Below, piece after piece: positions 13,031 to 24,770 of a DNA stretch of 64,000 nucleotides. The stretch's first letter is position 1. Every line of letters begins with the position of its first letter. A model generated the notes under the pieces. The model made no database searches and was not told where the DNA came from. It saw only the letters and a program-made list of their open reading frames with translations. Where the stretch lies: positions 26,784,001 through 26,848,000 of the forward strand of contig NC_091999.1 in the NCBI RefSeq assembly GCF_044704955.1. The letters are read 5' to 3'. This DNA comes from Pristiophorus japonicus. Taxonomy: Eukaryota. The translations under genes and the position numbers were made by a program.

Positions 13031-13380
13031 CATACGGCAGCATGTGACTGTCACTGTTGCTCTGATTCGTGCCTGTTCTAGATGTCCTTGAGCTGTGATT
13101 GGTTCCGCCTCATTAGAAGTGTTGTTCCTTTGCTGCTTCACAGAATTGAACATTCCATATGAGTCAGCCGTACTTAGTTTTGCAAAAACTGCTGGGATAT
13201 TACTTTAGATGCTAAGCTGGGCCACATGATATCTCGAGCCTTGGGAGTCATATCCCAAGAGTCCGAACAAAATTGTTCCTCCTCCCACAATGAAAATGGA
13301 AAGTAAGTGCTGAATTTGTTTGTTCAAATAACTGTAAATAATTGTGAAAACTAATTGTCTACCTGTGGATTTCCAACACA

Positions 13381-13387
13381 TATAAAT
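13381..13387 (+). promoter_or_regulatory. TATA box of orphan GPCR first exon
   Basis: TATAAAT 83 bp upstream of ATG 13464; same arrangement as 30762/30860. Confidence 0.5.
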
Positions 13388-13463
13388 GAGGACCCTTTGA
13401 GCCTGTCATGGAGAATCTGTTTGATTGACTCTCACAAGCAGAGACCATCGCTTCTCATAGAAT

Positions 13464-13533
13464 ATGCACGGTCGGATAACTGGTCTACTTTATGCCATTT
13501 ACTATCCTATTCTCGCAGCTATTGGAGTTCCGG
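13464..13533 (+). CDS. First coding exon of a GPR139-like class A GPCR (no cognate exon 2 found nearby)
   Basis: Translates MHGRITGLLYAIYYPILAAIGVP then phase-1 donor G|GTGAGT; homologous to IYYPLLAAVGVP G|GTGAGT at 30860-30956. Confidence 0.8.
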
Positions 13534-15231
13534 GTGAGTCATTGCACTAAATCATTAAATTGTAAATGATTGTTGAATGAACTTACAGCTGTTACTGACA
13601 ATTTAAAATGTGACATATTCATCTCCAGTTGTTTGTTAGAAAGTCACTTCGTGAGTGGTATCCTAGTTTTCCATCATTCTTTAATTTATATGTATTGTTT
13701 TACACAAGCTGCAGTGGTTGAGTCTCAAATACACACAGTACTCTGCGATTATTGCAAATAGCAAGCATTATGTTCGGCTTGTTCATTGTACTGAATTATA
13801 TTTTTTAAATAATGTTTTGTCCACTTTTTTAACACCAATGATTGTGTGTGGATAATTCTACATGTGAACATCTGAGGACAAATTTTCAGCAAGATCACCT
13901 TAGATAGAATTTTAATATGTGTCATTGTGAAAAAGGTGAAAGTGAGTTGGCAGTCCGTGTTACATCTCTCCCGAATTTTATTTCATTGACTTCAATAGAA
14001 ATACTAATTGGGATGCTGGAGTTTTGCCAGCGCTCAGAGGACGGGATCGGTGGAGAGTCAGCTATCAAAATAAAAACATTGACAGTGGGTTGGGACCGAG
14101 CGCCATGCTACTTTCCCAGATGTCGTGTCTGTAAACTCTCAACAGACCCGCCACGCTGCAGCAGGCGAGGCAATTTAGGTCACTGTGACCTTGTTAAGAG
14201 TTTATTAAAAATAATGTTGAGCTGAACTTCCCATTTTGCCAGGTTTTCAATGAGATTCACACGGCTCGGGAAGCAGGACATCGGGCCATCTGTTACCATG
14301 AATTCATTTCTTTACCTGCTAGCTACAAATATGTTATAAATACTCCCATCTCACAGCTGTTTGCATTTCAAGATTAAAACGTCATGCTTACTGGGTTTGG
14401 GAGGCACATTGAACTTTGTGGACGTTGCACGTCCTTGGAACAATCTCTCATTGGAAGTTTCACCTCATTGGAACAATCTCTCACCATTGATAGATCACTT
14501 CTGTCCTCTCAAGGTCATTTGCCATCTATTACATTAGCCTTTGGAAATTTAAGCTTTCTCACTTTGCTCCTCTGAATCACATCACGATTAGCGCCAGCAC
14601 CATAATCACAATTAACACTAGCAGCACCAACAACAACATCCTTCTCCGCAATCAACTGATGCTGCACAGGAGAGAGGGCATCAGAACTCGGCCACATTGC
14701 TGACCAGGACGGGAGGGATGGCCTGACCATGATTTACTTCAGCAGACGCTGTACATCCTGCCTGTCACATAATGCGCTATTTTGACACCACTCCAAAAGA
14801 ACATCATACAGCGTCGTTACAGTGCCCAAGCCACAGCTTTCACAATCGTTGCCATTGCGGGGGGGTACCGTTATGTTTCAACATTCACACAGCTCAGAGC
14901 ATCACATCTGAAGATGCGCATAAATCTGTCCAAGAACACAAAGTGATGAAATTACAGGTGTCAATATTTGACAGCACATTAAAAGAAATCTTGTATGATC
15001 ATTGGCTAAACCACACATGCCTATCCTTGTGTGTTGTTAGTTGGTATAATTGCAACAGGATGAGGGTGAGTATGGGGCGTGGCTAGCGAGATGGAGAAGT
15101 TATAATGTAGATAGAGAGGGATAGGTGGATGTGCAAGGAAAGTTGATGTGCGTAAGAATGTGCAGGAAGTGATGGGGCTGTGGTGAGTGGCACAACAGGA
15201 TAAGGTTGAGAATGGCTTTGCAATAAAGTGT

Positions 15232-15450
15232 GTGATCCACTTAGATCATGGAAAGATTTTCACCACTGCAGTCTGGTCCTGCTGACGATATCACTGCCTT
15301 TGATTCCACTGCAATGTGCAACCGTATTGATTTGGTTTCCTGGGGAGGTCGCCCCTGCCCATAGTAAGTAACGAAAACGTCTCTCTGTGCTGCATAGGAG
15401 AGCCTGGGTGAAGCCGTGCACCTTTCTGCAGTGCGTGTCACTGTTTGTAG
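15232..15450 (-). mobile_element. Degenerate Myb/SANT-like domain of a PIF/Harbinger-type transposon
   Basis: Minus-strand QRDVFVTYYGQGRPPQETKSIRLHIAVE, then after a frameshift RTRLQW*KSFHDL, resembling the RTxxQCRKRFNDL signature. Confidence 0.55.
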
Positions 15451-16454
15451 CAATTCAATGCTGTGGAACTCTCAGAGCACAACTATTAAATTCAATTTCG
15501 AAAAGGTCCCTTTCAGGAAACCGTCTGATGAAGCGTCTCCAAATGACGTCATCAGGCCCCCTTCCTTCAAACCGCCCGAGCAATGCTCTGGGCGGGCTTA
15601 ACAAGCTTAATCAATGGATAATCTTATCTATATAACTGGCTGGAGCCAGCAGCGAGATCGGAACCTGCACGGAGCCACTGAGGTAGGCGAAAATGCGGCC
15701 ATAAAACGAGCTGCAGGTTCATTATCAGCCGCTTTACACTACCTCTTGAAGTGAAGATGTGCCTGCTTGAAATGATTATGGGTGAAATTCGTCTTGCATG
15801 GTAGAGGGAATCAGTAAACAGTTTTACAATTCTCCCGGTTATCTGCCCATTGACATCGAAGGAGAAGAAATTACGACTGAGCATATAACAGGTGGCCTAT
15901 TCGCTACAGCCCGTCATTAATTGCACCCGTGTGTTCCTTCGGATTTTTATATTCCCGTGTTGCTAAGGACGGAGGCAATTTACAACATCCAGGTGTATAT
16001 ATCGCCCGGTATACGCAGTGCCTGACATTCAGTGTCTAACACCTGAGATTAATTCTTCGGCCCTGACTTTCAATATTGAGGTAGGATTGCAATTTGCAGC
16101 TATTACCTAAAACTGGCATCGCTGATCACTTGTCCTTATGGAAGCTGGTCGATTTTCATTTCCAGCTCCAACACCAAGCTGCTCAGTTGGGATCGACCTT
16201 TTGTGTTCCATGTTCTACATATCTCAATCAATGCAAGCAGTCTGTTTCTCGCTCCCTTGTCCTATCTTTTCATAATTTGAAACATTTCTATCACATCGTC
16301 CCATAATTAGGGTTCTAATCAATTAAAAAACATTTTTGGAAGATTTATTGATATTTGTATCTCATCATGCCAATCAGCATCGCGTGATTTTCTCTCTCTA
16401 TTCCCTCACTATCCTTCCTATACTGCAATACTTTATACCGTATTCTTAACTAAA

Positions 16455-16925
16455 TCTCGTTAACCATGCTTTCCGTATGCTAACTCCCACCATCCGTTTC
16501 ATCCATCATGCCCTGTGCTTGCTGACCTACACGAGTTCCTGGTCGAACAACGCTTTGATTTGAACGTTCTCACCGTTGGTCAAATCCTTCCATTGCACCA
16601 CACCTCCAGACCTTTATAACCTCCTTCAGCCCTACCATCTTGGATCATGAATGCATTCCTTCAATTATGGCCTATCCCCCATCCCCAATGTTCTTCATTC
16701 CACCATTGGTGGCCATGCCTTCAGCTCCCTAGTCGTTAAGCTCTGGAATTCTCTCTCGAACCGTGCTATCTCTCTCTCGTCATGAAAGACGCTCCTTAAA
16801 CCTATCTACCTCTGATCCAGCATTTGGTTATCGTTCCGAATATTTGGCTCAGTATGATGCTCCTGTGAAGCGTCTTGGGACGCTTTACTACATTGAATGC
16901 GCAATATAAATGCAATTTCTTGTAT
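16455..16925 (+). mobile_element. L2 LINE 3' fragment
   Basis: PVLADLH-type C-terminus, AAGCTCTGGAATTCTCTC, tail GTGAAGCGTCTTGGGACG...TATAAATGCAA similar to the DeuSINE tail. Confidence 0.75.
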
Positions 16926-17169
16926 TATATAGTTTCATTATTATCTCTTGGCTTTTATTTTCTATTCCACTAGAGATAAAATCTCGGGATTTATCCCCAT
17001 TTAATTAGTTGCTACAATTATTGGGGATTGCAATCTCCAATATTTTCGTTGTCGTACAGTGTGCATGAAAAGACAACATGGAAAAGTTGCACATGAATAA
17101 CAGGTGGGTCCCCGTTTGTAAGGAGCATTCGACATGTAAGGGTTGATGTGTAGGTCATTGGTGAGGAAT

Positions 17170-17300
17170 TTATCATTTCTGGTGAAGGGCCTGCAACCGA
17201 AGCCAGATTCCTTCTGTGTTCTTTACAGATGCTGATTGAGTTGTTGTGCATTTCCATCTCAATGGTTTATTTTCAGAGCTGCAATATTTGCAGTTTCATT
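17170..17300 (+). mobile_element. Penelope-like element terminal-repeat remnant with decayed hammerhead core
   Basis: TTCTGGTGAAGGG...CCGAAG followed by ACAGATGCTG...CATTTCCA...TTTATTTTCAGA. Confidence 0.4.
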
Positions 17301-19577
17301 TCAGAGGGTTTTGGTTCATTTTTGTTACCCACTTTTTATTGTTATTTCTCATAATGCGCTAATTTTGGCCTTTTAATTGGATCTTTCGTCGGCTTCTAGT
17401 GGGTTTCCTAGCAGAAATGATTGCGTTGCTGATAATGAAAGACTGAATATAAACTGAATACAGACAACATTTTGTAAACCAATGAAGATATCAGACGAGA
17501 ACGATCACATGCATCGGATAGAATTTTTAAAAAGTGAGGTTGTTAAATCAATTATTCAATCAATGATTACATTTATCGAGTAAGTTAACTTAAGTGATTA
17601 TGTTTAATTTATACAATAATTATTAATTGAGAGAGTCAGTATCACTGTCAAATAAGGTGAATAGTTTATTGACTCGATAGAACGTTGTTCAGGTATGGCT
17701 GCTTAGTGTTAATGGGTAATTTCGCGATGCTCGATTCTGAGACACACCTGATGGCCAGAAGTTGATGAGCAAGGAAGGTGGCAGGGAAGACATGCTGCTT
17801 GCACGTTCAGCATAAAACCGGGCTAGTAGACCGAGGAGTGATGTGTTTGACAGGAAAATCGTTGAGGCTGAGTAGACAGAATTAGAATTTAACATGTATC
17901 ATAGGACCAGTGTTTAAGACATAATGAACGTGGAGGGAGTCGGTGGGGTCGGCATTCATCGGGGAAGCTGGAACAGGTCTTGAAACGGTCGTTAGGTTGA
18001 GAGTTGGGCACAGGGCCTAGTCAAAGGCCAGTAGAACAAAACAAGTTTTGGCTAAGATTTATTTAAAAAGTGTACATTAGTAGCCACACGTAATTAAATA
18101 AACTGTGAATAAGTTTGATGTTTTTTCTTGTAAATTTTATATTTAGTTGCAAAGAGAAGCTATAATATTTTAGTGATAGATGAACGTTTGATATAAAACA
18201 ATAAGCTGCATGAAATTTCCATCTAAAATATGCTCGCATCTAATTGAGTGTGATAAAAAACTCTGAGAAAACATTGAGATAGAAAGAGTGATGAACAGGA
18301 AATTCACGTGGAATGTAGGGTCCGGATATTGGGAGATCTCAATCCAGGAGCAGCATCGGGACACCCGTTTGGTGACCCGAATTGCCGGCCTGGCGTAAAT
18401 GAGGCCGTTGCTTCAAAATCACAGGGACAGCACTGATCTTCGACTTCAACTCGACCTTCCCGTACTATCACCATATCCCTTGATACCTCCAATATGAAAA
18501 ATCTATCGATTGCAATATTGAATAATAATATGCTAAACATATTTATGCTTGCTCTTGGTGACTAAAGGAAAGTGACTTTCCATTTTTACGTTTTGGCAAA
18601 TGTTTGTGCGAATTTATTTCATTACATTAATAGAAACTGCTAACTGTAATCATTGCTATTTACTTACACAATTCCGGCATAAAGGGCGTTATAGCGCTTT
18701 AGTTTGATGTGACACAGCTGCTCACTTTACACTATAAAAAATCGCCAAATCTTCAACCATCTATTTTCCTCAAATTCAGTAACGGTTTCTATTTAACTAG
18801 GAATAATAATACTGAATCAGTATTGTAGGACTGGGGTAAATTCCTACTTTTGCTGCCAGGCAAAAAATGTGTCGCAGGCAATCCCAGTCCCTTTTGCACA
18901 CCAATCTATTTTCATCGACTTTGCCCATTATAAAGATCGCTGTTTGTGTTAAACATTGAAGTAAATCGAAATGAAACGCAGCCGATGCTACACGCTTAAT
19001 AAAGTATAAGGATCCATCATCTCTTCAACAGAGCATTCGCGCACACATTCCCATCCCATTTCTCTATCTACATATATATATATCGAAAATCTATAACCAC
19101 ATGTATTCTCGAACTTGTTTACTTTATTAATATTGACAGAACGTACAAGTATGTCATACTTCTACACTTACTAGTAGGATACCCACCGGTTTATAAGAAC
19201 TATGGATCAACCCAGGATAATTTTCAGCACGGAGTGCCAAAGCATAACTGATGGGACCAAATTGCCCATTTTTAGAGGCCCGTTAGTGCCTCCAGGGCTG
19301 CCAACGGGGCAAAAGACAATTTTAGCAAGGGGTGTGGGGCTCTCCTGGCTCCTGGTAAATTGCACGGGAATTTGGAGAACGCTTCCCGCAAGGCTGGCGC
19401 GGGTGGGTGCCAACACCAGCTTCTGACATCCGCTGCAGCCAGAAGTTAAAGGTAATGTCGCCAGAGCCCGGCGACATCATCTTCCTCGTTTTGCCGACTC
19501 TCGGGTTAGCTCTTCATGTCCCCCTCTGGCATGGTCAAAGGGTACTGCACAAGATAAAGTTCACTTGGTTGTGACAT

Positions 19578-20690
19578 GTAAAGAGGATTGGCTAACCAGC
19601 AGAGAAAAGAGTGCCGGGATGAATGGTTCATTCTCTGGTTGGCAACCAGTAACTAGTGGTGTGCCGCAGGGATCAGGCTGGGACCCCAACTATTTACAAT
19701 CTATATTAATGACTTGAAAGAAAGGACTGAGTGTAACCTAGCCACGTTTGCTGACGATAAAAAGATGGGAGGAAAACAAATGTGTGAGTGGGACACAAAA
19801 AATCTGCAAAAGAACATTGAAAGGCTAAGTGAGTGGGCAAAAAATTTGGCAGATGGAGTTAAATGTTCGAAAGTGTGAGACAGTTTGGCAGAAAAAAATC
19901 AAAGAGCAAGTCATTATTTGAATGGCAAAAGATTGCAAAGTGCCGCAGTACAGCGGGACCTGGGCATAATTGAACATGAAATACAAAAGGATAGTACGCA
20001 GGTACAGCAAGTGATCAGTAAGGCCAATGGTATCTTGGCCTTTATTGCAAAGGGGATGGAGTATAAAAACAGTGAAGGCTTGCTACAGCTATAAAAAGTT
20101 TTGGTGAGGCCTCTCCTGGAATACTGTGTGCAGATTTGGTTTCCATATATACGCAAGGGTATCATTGCTTTGCAGGCAGTTCAGAGAAGGTTCACTAGGT
20201 CGATTCCGATAATTCTGGAGTTGATTTATGAGGAAAGGCTGAGAAGGTTGGCCCTATATTCTATGGAGTTCAAAAGAAGGAGAGGTGATCTTATCGAAAC
20301 GTATAAGATTATGAGCGTGTTTGACAAAATGCATGGAGAGAGACTGTTTCCACTGATGGGGGAGACTCGAACTAGGGGGTATGATCTTAGAATAAGGGGC
20401 CGCCCATTTAAAACAAAGATGAGGAGGAATTTATTCTCTCAGAGGATTGTAAATCTATGGACTTCGCTGACTCAGAGAGCTGTGGAAGTTGGGATGCTGA
20501 ATAATTTTAAGTCAGAAATAGACAGTTTCTTAAACGATAACGGGATAAGGGGTTGTGTGGAGCGGGCGGGGATGTGGAGTTGAGTCCATGATCAGATCAG
20601 CCATGAACTTATTGAATGACAAAGCAAGCTCGAGGGGCCGTATAACCTACTTCTGTTCCTATTTTTTATGGTCTTATGTTCTTATGGTCC
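19578..20690 (+). mobile_element. 5'-truncated CR1 (RT C-terminus and 3' UTR)
   Basis: GVPQGS, FADD, VRPLLEYCVQIW, RRRGDLIETYKIM; tail CTTATGTTCTTATG. Confidence 0.95.
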
Positions 20691-21035
20691 GAGCCACAAT
20701 CGTGGAGCCCGTTAATCTCTTTTGGGTGCCGGGCTGCAGGGCCGGTACCACGCTGTCCTGGTGGTTTAGTGGAGACCACCAGAGGCTTGCAACTTCAGTA
20801 GGGATTGCCTGCAGAAAAGCAGACGTTACAGCAATTCTAAAGGGACATGTCAAAATTGTGGTAAACTTGGACATTTGGCCAAAGATTGCTGGAGTTATGA
20901 GGAAGGCGCTGGATGGCGAGATCACAAACAGGCAAAGATGGAAATACCATTAACCAGGGAAGATCTGATGGACATGCTCAGACAGATACCAGCACCACTG
21001 GTACCACTGCCACCACCGCCCCAACCAGAGAACAC
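20691..21035 (+). pseudogene. gag: gag C-terminal remnant with CCHC zinc knuckle
   Basis: 20848-20889 translates CQNCGKLGHLAKDC (CX2CX4HX4C). Confidence 0.85.
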
Positions 21036-24000
21036 CCAATAACCAACTTAGATTTGCCTCTGACCCATAGGACCATCAACATACAAGGAGAGAGTGGGGG
21101 ATATCAGAAAGCAACCCGAAGTGAGATGGTGTTGTCGAAGTACAGGGGTTATGCAACCTGCTCAGTTTTGGTGCCGTCAGAATAGAGAAGGCAACATAAA
21201 GAAGGCATACAGAAGGCAGCGATACATTAAGGGAGATAGGGGTATTGATAGCTCTTCAGCGTAATCGGATAATTTTGGGAGATAAGCAAGAAACCGAATT
21301 AAGTTCGAAAACCCGGGACACCAGCAGCAACGCGTGGTAGGAACAACCATAATCCAACCCGAGTGGGAAACAAAGGGTGTATGGGGTAGCGTGTGCCAAT
21401 TATACCCGACTCTGTGGGCACAATGCAAACAAGATTATGGATTAGCAGAGATATTACCCATCAAAATTCCTGGACCCGAACACAAAGCTCACCGACAGTT
21501 CCAATTAACACCCGAAGCTGAGGTAGCGGTCTGTCAGATAGTGCATGAATTAGAGGAGCAAAGTATATTGAAACATGTAATAGCCTCCATTAATTCACCT
21601 GTGTGGCTGATGAAGAAACCCGACAGGTCTTACCGATTGACTATCGATTATACCACCCTGAATAAGGTGACTTCCGGAGAACACCCAATAGTGGTAAGTC
21701 CAGCCACAATATTTAATGGCCTGGATCCAGATCATAAGATATTCACCATGCTGGTATAGTGAATGGAACTTGGACCATTCCCTTAGCCAAAGAGTCTCAA
21801 GGAAAATTTGTCTTCAAGGTAAATGGATAACAATACACATGGGCGAAGGTACCACTGGGATTCAATAACAGCTGCAGGATATTTCATCGAATATTGTCAG
21901 GGATTTTGGAACCAGTAGACTTAGGAGAAAGAAGGAGCGAAGTAACCAATCTGGGATACATAATATCGTAAGGGAAGAGACAGATGCCCGAGGACAGTAA
22001 GGAAGCAATTCAATCAATCCCCAGACCAGGAACCGTGAAAGGGGTCAGGCAGGTACTTGGGCTATTAAACTACTGCAGAAATGTTATTCCCGAATATGCC
22101 AAGGTGGCCTAACCTATTCAGAAACAGGTCAAAGGGTGGGAACCCTCCTAAGAGCCAGTAAACTGGGGCCTAGATCAAGAAACTGCATGTGTGCGGTTAA
22201 AACAAACTCTCACAAGTGCTCCAACCCTGGGACTACCAGACCAGAATAGGCCCTTTTACGTCTATACCTACCACATTAACCATCATAATAACGCGGTAGT
22301 GATTCAATTACATGGCGACAGGCATAGACCGTGGCATATTACTCAGACAAACCGCAACCTGTAGCTGCAGGACGGTCCAGGAGCGTTGCTGCCCTCGACT
22401 GTGCGGCTTGGGCCATCAGAGTTAACGAAACAATAATAATGTCAGGGTGCATTATTCTACAAACCCAGCGTACCTTAGTAGAATTACTTAACACTGGAAG
22501 GCTAAAAATGTATTCGATGCACAAATGGCGAGGTGGTAAATAATGCTCTCCCCCTCCTCTCCCGCCACCCCCCACCCCGCCCCCCACACCACTCAACGGT
22601 ATGGTAACAATAATAAAAGACGCCTGCAGGGTGGATCATTACAAAGGGAGAGGAGCATCATTATAGCACAACAGAAGATGAGGGAAGTAGTCAGGCTAGT
22701 GAAACCCTGCTTGAGGAGGCAGACTTGGATCTATATGTAGATGAGTTTCGGCGCTATATCAATGGGACACCACAGACAGGATGGGTCGTGGTAGATAGCA
22801 GCTGTCAGGTCAAAGGGGAAGGACGGTTAGAAGAGAATCTATCAGCTCAAGTGGTTGAATTTGTGGTTCTCACTGAGGTTCTGAGGCTTGCGAGGGGAAA
22901 ATGAGTAAATATCTATACAGACAGTCGATATGCTTTCGGAGTAGAGCTTGATTATATGATAGCCTGGAGCAGACGGTGATACACGACCTCAGGAGGAGGA
23001 CCGATTAAACATGAGGAGATTGGGAAACATCTAGTGGAAGCCTCCTTCCTACCCCAGGAGTGTGCGATAATAAAGATCAAAGCACACGTAAAAAATAATG
23101 ATCAGTATGAACAGGGGAATGCATGGACAGATGAAGCAGCAAAGCGAGTGGCAGGTACACTGGCCGGGGAAGCCCAAGGCAGAGCATGTACAATTGGGCC
23201 TGAGGAAGTAAATATTGTGTACAGTTTTGGTCTCCTAACCTGAGGAAGGACATTCTTGCTATTGAGGGAGTGCAGCGAAGTTTCACCAGACTGATTCCCG
23301 GGATGGCGGGACTGACCTATCAAGAAAGACTGGATCAACTGGGCTTGTCTTCACTGGAGTTCAGAAGAATGAGAGGGGACCTCATAGAAACATTTAAAAT
23401 TCTGACGGGGTTAGACAGGTTAGCTGCAGGAAGAATGTTCCCAATGTTGGGGAATTCCAGAACCAGAGGTCACAGTCTAAAGATAAGGGGTAAGCCATTG
23501 AGGACCGAGATGCGGAGGAACTTCTTTACCCAGAGAGTGGTGAACCTGTGGAATTCTCTACCACAGAAAGTTGTTGAGGCCAATTCACTAAATATATTCA
23601 AAAAGGAGTTAGATGAGGTCCTTACTACTAGGGGGATGAAGGGGTATGGCGAGAAAGCAGGAATGGGGTACTAAACTTTAATGTTCAGCCATGAACTCAT
23701 TGAATGGCGGTGCAGGCTAGAAGGGCCGAATGGCCTACTCCTGCACCTATTTTCTATGTTTCTATGTTTCTATATTTCTATGCTTGAGGTACAGGGAGAG
23801 GCCACTCCGCAGGAACAGGAGGGGTGGAAGCAGAGAAGGCCAAACAAGGGACCGACGGGATATGGAGAAAAGATGGGAATGTGGTGGCCCCGGAATGCAT
23901 CCAGGGGAGCCTATTAAATTTATACCACGGGTATGTCCATACAGGTAGAACAAACATGATAAACTTGATGTCCAGATGCTGGTGGTGGAAGGGAATATCT

Positions 24001-24735
24001 AGAGATATAGAGGACCTCTGCAGAAGGTGAGTGATATACGCAAAATACAACCCAGGGGGGAAAGTAAAGGTCAAAATGGGACATCAGCCCCCACCGAAGG
24101 GACTCTGGGAAAATTTGCAGGTAGATTTTACTGGACCTTTATCCAGCAACAAGGGGAAAACATACTGCTTAGATATAATAGACACGTTTATGAAGTGGGT
24201 AGAAGCTGTCGCCACTAGGAATTGTTCAGTAGAAACCATGGCCAGGATCCTAGCAAACAAAATAACGGCACTGCAGCTGAACTCAGATCAAAGTTCAGAC
24301 TTCACAGGGAAGATCATGAAACAGGCGTGCGCTTAGGGATTAGGCAAAAACTATCCCACATCAACGAGACTGGAAAGGGATGGGTTGACAGGATACACCG
24401 AGTATAAATAAAGCTCAAGGCAACCCCTAGTCGAACGATAGGAATGATACCCTTTTAACTAAAATAATATGGAAATCTGTAATGGAACTCTGTAAGCAGT
24501 TACATGATATAGAGGCAAAGATTAGAGATCAGCAAATCAAGGATTTAGAGAACGACACTAAGAAGCAGAAGTTCCAAACACCCCAAATAGGCAGTCAAGA
24601 GATGACCACAGAGAGGTTCGGGATCGCATCCAAATAGATCGGTCTCTATCAGGTAATCATGGTAAGTTATGGTACTTATAAGGAGTATCGGCAAGTGGAA
24701 ACACTGGACCCAGTTAAAAAAGCATGGTCACTAAC
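21036..24735 (+). pseudogene. pol: pro-pol pseudogene, interrupted by CR1 at 23214-23779
   Basis: NSPVWLMKKPDRSYRLTIDY..LN, YTWAKVPLGFNNS, LGLLNYCR, tether AYYS, RNase H LYVD..SAQVVE..NIYTDSRYAFG..KIKAH..GN..D, IN H..H, LQVDFTGPL, IDTFMKWVEA, SDQ. Confidence 0.92.
23214..23779 (+). mobile_element. Young 5'-truncated CR1 inserted between RNase H and integrase of the ERV
   Basis: Open 134-aa CR1 C-terminus (23270-23674) and (CTATGTTT)n tail; pol frame rejoins as GPEEVN|MLEVQGEATPQ. Confidence 0.95.
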
Positions 24736-24770
24736 TAACCAGTGACGACCGGAAAATATTGCTTTTTGCA

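Noticed and set aside
15515-15560. CTGATGA near GAAAC as a possible hammerhead ribozyme or C/D snoRNA
   Set aside because: No supporting stems or correctly placed GAAA or D box
19430-19577. Candidate 5' LTR/PBS for ERV family A
   Set aside because: No similarity to 27034-27700 and no TGG-initiated PBS; the 5' part appears deleted
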